Below the pieces are notes generated by a model. That model was not told the DNA's origin. It did no database searches and saw only the letters and a program-made list of their open reading frames with translations. DNA of 64,000 bases, taken from the NCBI GenBank assembly GCA_012103325.1, contig WLWY01000001.1:1508986-1572985 (forward strand), written 5' to 3'. The translations under genes and the position numbers were made by a program. The DNA is from Alphaproteobacteria bacterium. GTDB lineage: Bacteria; Pseudomonadota; Alphaproteobacteria; UBA8366; GCA-2717185. Positions 60,483 to 64,000 of the stretch are shown here, piece after piece (the first letter of the stretch is position 1; each line of letters opens with the position of its first letter).

Positions 60483-61088
60483 CTATTTTTCTAGTTTCTT
60501 CAACAGGTCGTCGAATACCTCAAATGGCTGTGATCCTACAATCCGTTTTTCGCCGTTTATGACGAAAGTCGGCGTTGCGCTGACTTCATAGCGGTTTCCG
60601 GCGGCAAGACGGGTCTGTAAGACTCCATCCACGATCGCTTTGTTCTCCGTGCAAGCCTTGAAATCGGCTTCGCTGAGGCCGCCAAGCTTACCGATTCGGG
60701 TTAGCGCTTGCAGCGGATTTGGGTCGCGCGACCATTTTTCCTGGTTCTGGAACAGGACGTCGAGGAACTGAAAATAGCGCGATGGTGGCGCACACCGGGA
60801 AAGCAGCGTCGCCGTGAGACCGAGCTGATCGAAGGGGAAATCGCGGTAGATCAGTTTCGCCTTGCCGGTGTCGAGATACTTTTCCTTCAACTCCGGCAGG
60901 ATTTCCGTGTGGAAATGCCGGCAGTGCGGGCAGGTCAGCGACGAGTATTCGATGATCTCGATCGGTGCGTTGGGATCGCCCAGGATGCGGTCTTTGAGGG
61001 CTTCCTCTGCGGAAAGCGGCGCGGCTTGCGCAGGAGTGAGAACCAAAAGAAACGCAGCAGCGGCAAAAGTCGCAAGGAATCTTGTCAA
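60483..61088 (-). CDS. DsbA family thiol:disulfide oxidoreductase
   Basis: ORF 60483..61193 trimmed to TTG 61088 (AGGAG 6 nt upstream), giving the signal peptide MTRFLATFAAAAFLLVLTPAQA. Active site CPHC. Confidence 0.8.
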   Translation of the reverse strand: MTRFLATFAAAAFLLVLTPAQAAPLSAEEALKDRILGDPNAPIEIIEYSSLTCPHCRHFHTEILPELKEKYLDTGKAKLIYRDFPFDQLGLTATLLSRCAPPSRYFQFLDVLFQNQEKWSRDPNPLQALTRIGKLGGLSEADFKACTENKAIVDGVLQTRLAAGNRYEVSATPTFVINGEKRIVGSQPFEVFDDLLKKLEK

Positions 61089-61195
61089 ATCAATCTCCTG
61101 ATCAAGGCGATTTACATCGAATGCGCGAAAGTATAGAGGCGATTGCGGCGGGATCAAGGCGAGACGCTGGGGCGTAAAGCCGCATGCCGTCACGA

Positions 61196-61786
61196 TTATT
61201 TTACTTTCGACTCCTGGTGCAAAATGGCGGCGCCAAGCCGTTCCAGTGCAGCGCGCACTTCATTGTCGGCGACGCCCGCGAGCATTTGATCGAGTATCGC
61301 TTGGTGAGCCGGGTCGGGCGGCGTATCACGGTTCTCCTGTCTGGCGCGCGGTGTTGCTTGGCGCGTGAGCGGCGCGTGTACGAGCTTGAGCCGGGCGATG
61401 GCGCCGTAACCGAAATGACTGTTGATGCGTTCCACGACGAGCGGTTCCAGATGCTGCAGCTCGATGGCACCGCCGCTCTGCACGCGGATATGGAGAACCC
61501 CGCCGGCCCGCTTGCCGGGTGGGAAGGATAGTCTGTCCGGTTGCGACACCGTAGCGAGTTGATCCCCAACAATCGTTGCCCAATCCGTGATCAGCGAGGC
61601 TTCCGCGAAGCCGCGTTTACCGATCGCCTTGGCCGCGATACTTGGCAAGGTCGCCGCAACCGGCCGCATACCCCCTTTCCGATCGGGGATTTTCGAGCGC
61701 GTTTTTTTTCGGTTTGTGTCCACGATTGGGTGTGCGTATCTATCCGTCTTTTCCGAATCCACTATAGTGTGGCCGGATGGATTCAC
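61196..61786 (-). CDS. DUF721 domain-containing protein (DciA-like)
   Basis: Core KRGFAEASLITDWATIVGDQLATVSQPDRLSF...GVLHIRVQSGGAIELQHLEPLVVERINSHFGYGAI fits DUF721. Start uncertain: GTG 61786, GTG 61723 or ATG 61669. Confidence 0.7.
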   Translation of the reverse strand: MNPSGHTIVDSEKTDRYAHPIVDTNRKKTRSKIPDRKGGMRPVAATLPSIAAKAIGKRGFAEASLITDWATIVGDQLATVSQPDRLSFPPGKRAGGVLHIRVQSGGAIELQHLEPLVVERINSHFGYGAIARLKLVHAPLTRQATPRARQENRDTPPDPAHQAILDQMLAGVADNEVRAALERLGAAILHQESKVK

Positions 61787-62838
61787 ACAGCGACATTCAG
61801 ATCGGGGTCAGGGATATCCTGGCATGGTACGACCGCAATCGTCGTGCGATGCCGTGGCGGGCGCTGCCCGGCGAGACCGCCGACCCCTATCATGTCTGGC
61901 TCAGCGAGATCATGCTGCAGCAAACGACCGTTGCAACCGTCGGTCCGTATTTCCAGCGGTTTATCGAGCGATGGCCCGATGTCGTGGCGCTCGCGGATGC
62001 GCCGCTCGACGATGTGCTGCATGCCTGGCAGGGGTTGGGCTATTACGCGCGGGCGCGCAATCTTCATCGCTGCGCGGGAGTCGTCGCGACCGATTTCGGC
62101 GGACGCTTCCCCGATAGCGAGGCGGTGCTGCTAGAACTGCCGGGGGTTGGGCGCTACACCGCGGCGGCGGTTGCGGCTATAGCCTTCGACCGCCGGGCCA
62201 CGGTCGTCGACGGCAATGTCGAGCGCGTGATGGCGCGCCGGTTTCGCGTAACGGAGTCACTTCCCGGCTGCAAGCCGCAGCTCTACATGCTGGCCGACTC
62301 GCTGACGCCCGATACGCGGCCCGGTGATTATGCGCAGGCGGTGATGGATCTGGGCGCCACCATCTGCACGCCGCGCAGTCCACGCTGCCTGCTGTGTCCC
62401 TGGTCGAATTGCTGCGCCGGGCGTGACATTGCTGCCGAGTTGCCGGCGCGCGCGCCGAAGAAGGCGCGTCCGCTGCGCCGCGGCGTCGCGTTCTGGTTGA
62501 CGCGGGCGGATGGTGCCGTGCTGCTACGCCGACGGCAGGAGAAGGGATTGCTCGGCGGCATGATGGAGACACCATCCACTGACTGGCGCGAGGGGCCGGT
62601 GGTGTCGCAAGCTCAGGCCGAAGCGGAAGCGCCGCTGCCGGCGCATGCGTGGCGCATGCTGCCGGGCATGGTCGAGCACGGCTTTACCCATTTTCGGCTG
62701 GAGCTACAAATACTCGCGGGGCAAGCGACAGGCGATCCTCAACCGCCTGCACGCTGGTGTTCGATTGAAAGCCTGACTGACGAAGCGCTGCCGACGCTGA
62801 TGAAGAAGGTGGTTGCCCACGCGCGAAGTGCGACGTGA
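61777..62838 (+). CDS. mutY: A/G-specific adenine DNA glycosylase
   Basis: WYDRNRRAMPWR, HhH-GPD region LPGVGRYTAAAV, 4Fe-4S cluster loop CTPRSPRCLLCPWSNCC, C-terminal NUDIX-like domain. Confidence 0.92.
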   Translation: MDSHSDIQIGVRDILAWYDRNRRAMPWRALPGETADPYHVWLSEIMLQQTTVATVGPYFQRFIERWPDVVALADAPLDDVLHAWQGLGYYARARNLHRCAGVVATDFGGRFPDSEAVLLELPGVGRYTAAAVAAIAFDRRATVVDGNVERVMARRFRVTESLPGCKPQLYMLADSLTPDTRPGDYAQAVMDLGATICTPRSPRCLLCPWSNCCAGRDIAAELPARAPKKARPLRRGVAFWLTRADGAVLLRRRQEKGLLGGMMETPSTDWREGPVVSQAQAEAEAPLPAHAWRMLPGMVEHGFTHFRLELQILAGQATGDPQPPARWCSIESLTDEALPTLMKKVVAHARSAT

Positions 62839-62882
62839 TATTGTCAATATGAAGAGTGGGAGCATGGCGAGGAGGCCGTAGG

Positions 62883-64000
62883 ATGACTGACGCCAGTATC
62901 GCGCGCGCGGATTTCGAGTCGGATTTGTCGGTGAAGATCCGTAGTGTGGAGATGATCCCGCTCCACATCCCGTTTCACGCACCGTTCCAGATCGCGACGG
63001 CCCGCGAATCGAGCCGGGATTTTCTCGAAGTTCTCATTGTCCGTATCCACACCGACCAAGGCGTGTTTGGTATCGGTGAGACGCAGGCTTGGCGCCGTCA
63101 GGGCAGTGCCGAACTGCTGCCCAACCTGATGCATTCGATCCATGCGCAGTTCGAGCCGTTATTGATCGGCCGATCGCCGTTCGAAGTGAACGCGATCATG
63201 CACGATTTGAACGCAACGCTTTACAATTCGCTCTATGCCCAGGCCGCTATTGGCGATGCGCTCTACGATCTGATTGGTAAATTCCTCAACGTGCCAGTGC
63301 ATGCCCTGCTCGGCGGCAAGTGCCGTGACCGGGTGCGCGTTGGTGCCGTGTTGTCGATGAAGCCAAGTGCCGAAGAGTTGGTCGAGTCCGCGCAGGCGTT
63401 TTATGACCGCGGGTTCCGGCATTTTGGTCTCAAGATCGGTATCGACCCCACCGCCGATTTGCGTAATGCTGAAGCGCTTCGACAGGCCTTCGGCGACGAT
63501 ATCGTGCTGCGTGTCGATGCCAATGCGAGCCTCAATTTCGACGCGGCGTCGTCCTTGCTGCGCAAACTCGAACCCTTCGATATCGATGTCGCGGAACAGC
63601 CGGTAGCGATTTGGGACGTGGATGGTTTGGCGGCGCTGGCCAATTCGGTTGCGATGCCGATTATGGCGGACGAGTCGGTATCCACCGATCACAGTCTTTT
63701 GGAAATCATCAAGAAGCGCGCCGCAACGGTAGTGCAAACGAAGACGGCGAAGAATGGTGGCATCCACTATATCCGACGTCTCTGGAACCTGGCGGAAGCA
63801 GCGGGCATGCGTATCTATCCCGGCAATCACCCGAGCACGAGTGTTGCGACTTCCGCTGTCGCGCAGATGTGTTCTGCATCGCCGACACCGGTCATGGAAG
63901 GCGTGTTCGCGGTAGGGGTTAGCGGGGCGTTAGCGGACGATATTGCCGAGAATCCGATCCGTCCGGTCGATGGTGAAATTCCCTTGCCGGACGGTCCCGG
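62883..64000 (+). CDS. Enolase-superfamily enzyme (mandelate racemase / muconate lactonizing enzyme family), 3' end beyond the window
   Basis: Not in the ORF track (open at the right edge). My translation from ATG 62883 (GAGGAGG upstream) gives MTDASIARADF...VFGIGETQAW...LRVDANASL...IDVAEQPV...IMADESV...VVQTKTAKNGG. This is the metal-ligand D/E/D pattern of the superfamily. Confidence 0.75.
   Translation, partial: MTDASIARADFESDLSVKIRSVEMIPLHIPFHAPFQIATARESSRDFLEVLIVRIHTDQGVFGIGETQAWRRQGSAELLPNLMHSIHAQFEPLLIGRSPFEVNAIMHDLNATLYNSLYAQAAIGDALYDLIGKFLNVPVHALLGGKCRDRVRVGAVLSMKPSAEELVESAQAFYDRGFRHFGLKIGIDPTADLRNAEALRQAFGDDIVLRVDANASLNFDAASSLLRKLEPFDIDVAEQPVAIWDVDGLAALANSVAMPIMADESVSTDHSLLEIIKKRAATVVQTKTAKNGGIHYIRRLWNLAEAAGMRIYPGNHPSTSVATSAVAQMCSASPTPVMEGVFAVGVSGALADDIAENPIRPVDGEIPLPDGP

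Noticed and set aside
61669-61786. An apparent 10-nt head-to-head overlap of the DUF721 and mutY coding regions.
   Set aside because: It depends entirely on choosing the most upstream GTG (61786) for the DUF721 gene. In-frame GTG 61723 or ATG 61669 remove the overlap, and I cannot decide between them from sequence alone.
62883-64000. The enolase-superfamily gene seems to read FGLKIG where many MR/MLE members have a KxK motif.
   Set aside because: The gene is truncated by the window edge. My placement of the motif is an unaided hand alignment, which is too weak to claim an atypical active site.

Overview
High-G+C, very gene-dense chromosomal segment. Gene content and order point to an alphaproteobacterium: aa3 cytochrome oxidase cluster ctaC-ctaD-ctaB-ctaG-ctaE-DUF983-surf1, a separate F0 operon atpI-B-E-F'-F, smc-dsbA-DUF721-mutY, and secA / ppiC-argJ-mutT. 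I can support about 62 protein genes, one tandem glycine riboswitch in front of gcvT-gcvH-gcvP, one clear intrinsic terminator and several striking inverted repeats. I found no rRNA, tRNA, CRISPR array, transposase, integrase or phage gene. Many ORF-track entries are N-terminally over-extended or are antisense shadows of real genes, and I trimmed or rejected them by hand. Two genes open at the window edges (secA on the left, an enolase-superfamily gene on the right) are missing from the track and were found by manual translation. Most of the window is core housekeeping, and I cannot point to a recognisable defence, mobile or clearly novel system. Four things deserve a second look. (i) A ~10-kb catabolic block between comF and grxC, where a TRAP transporter is tightly coupled to an amidase-signature enzyme and flanked by a family III CoA-transferase and an asymmetric pair of acyl-CoA dehydrogenases. 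(ii) A small cluster of MmyB-type regulator, DUF4440, DUF3237 and membrane protein that contains one compositionally aberrant gene. (iii) A GluTR-like hemA with a degenerate dinucleotide-binding motif inside a tight hisS-hemA-prfA-prmC operon. (iv) Unusually long, perfect hairpins upstream of thrC and between convergent genes at 43.3 kb. All functional calls rest on motif recognition and remembered family knowledge; no database search was possible.
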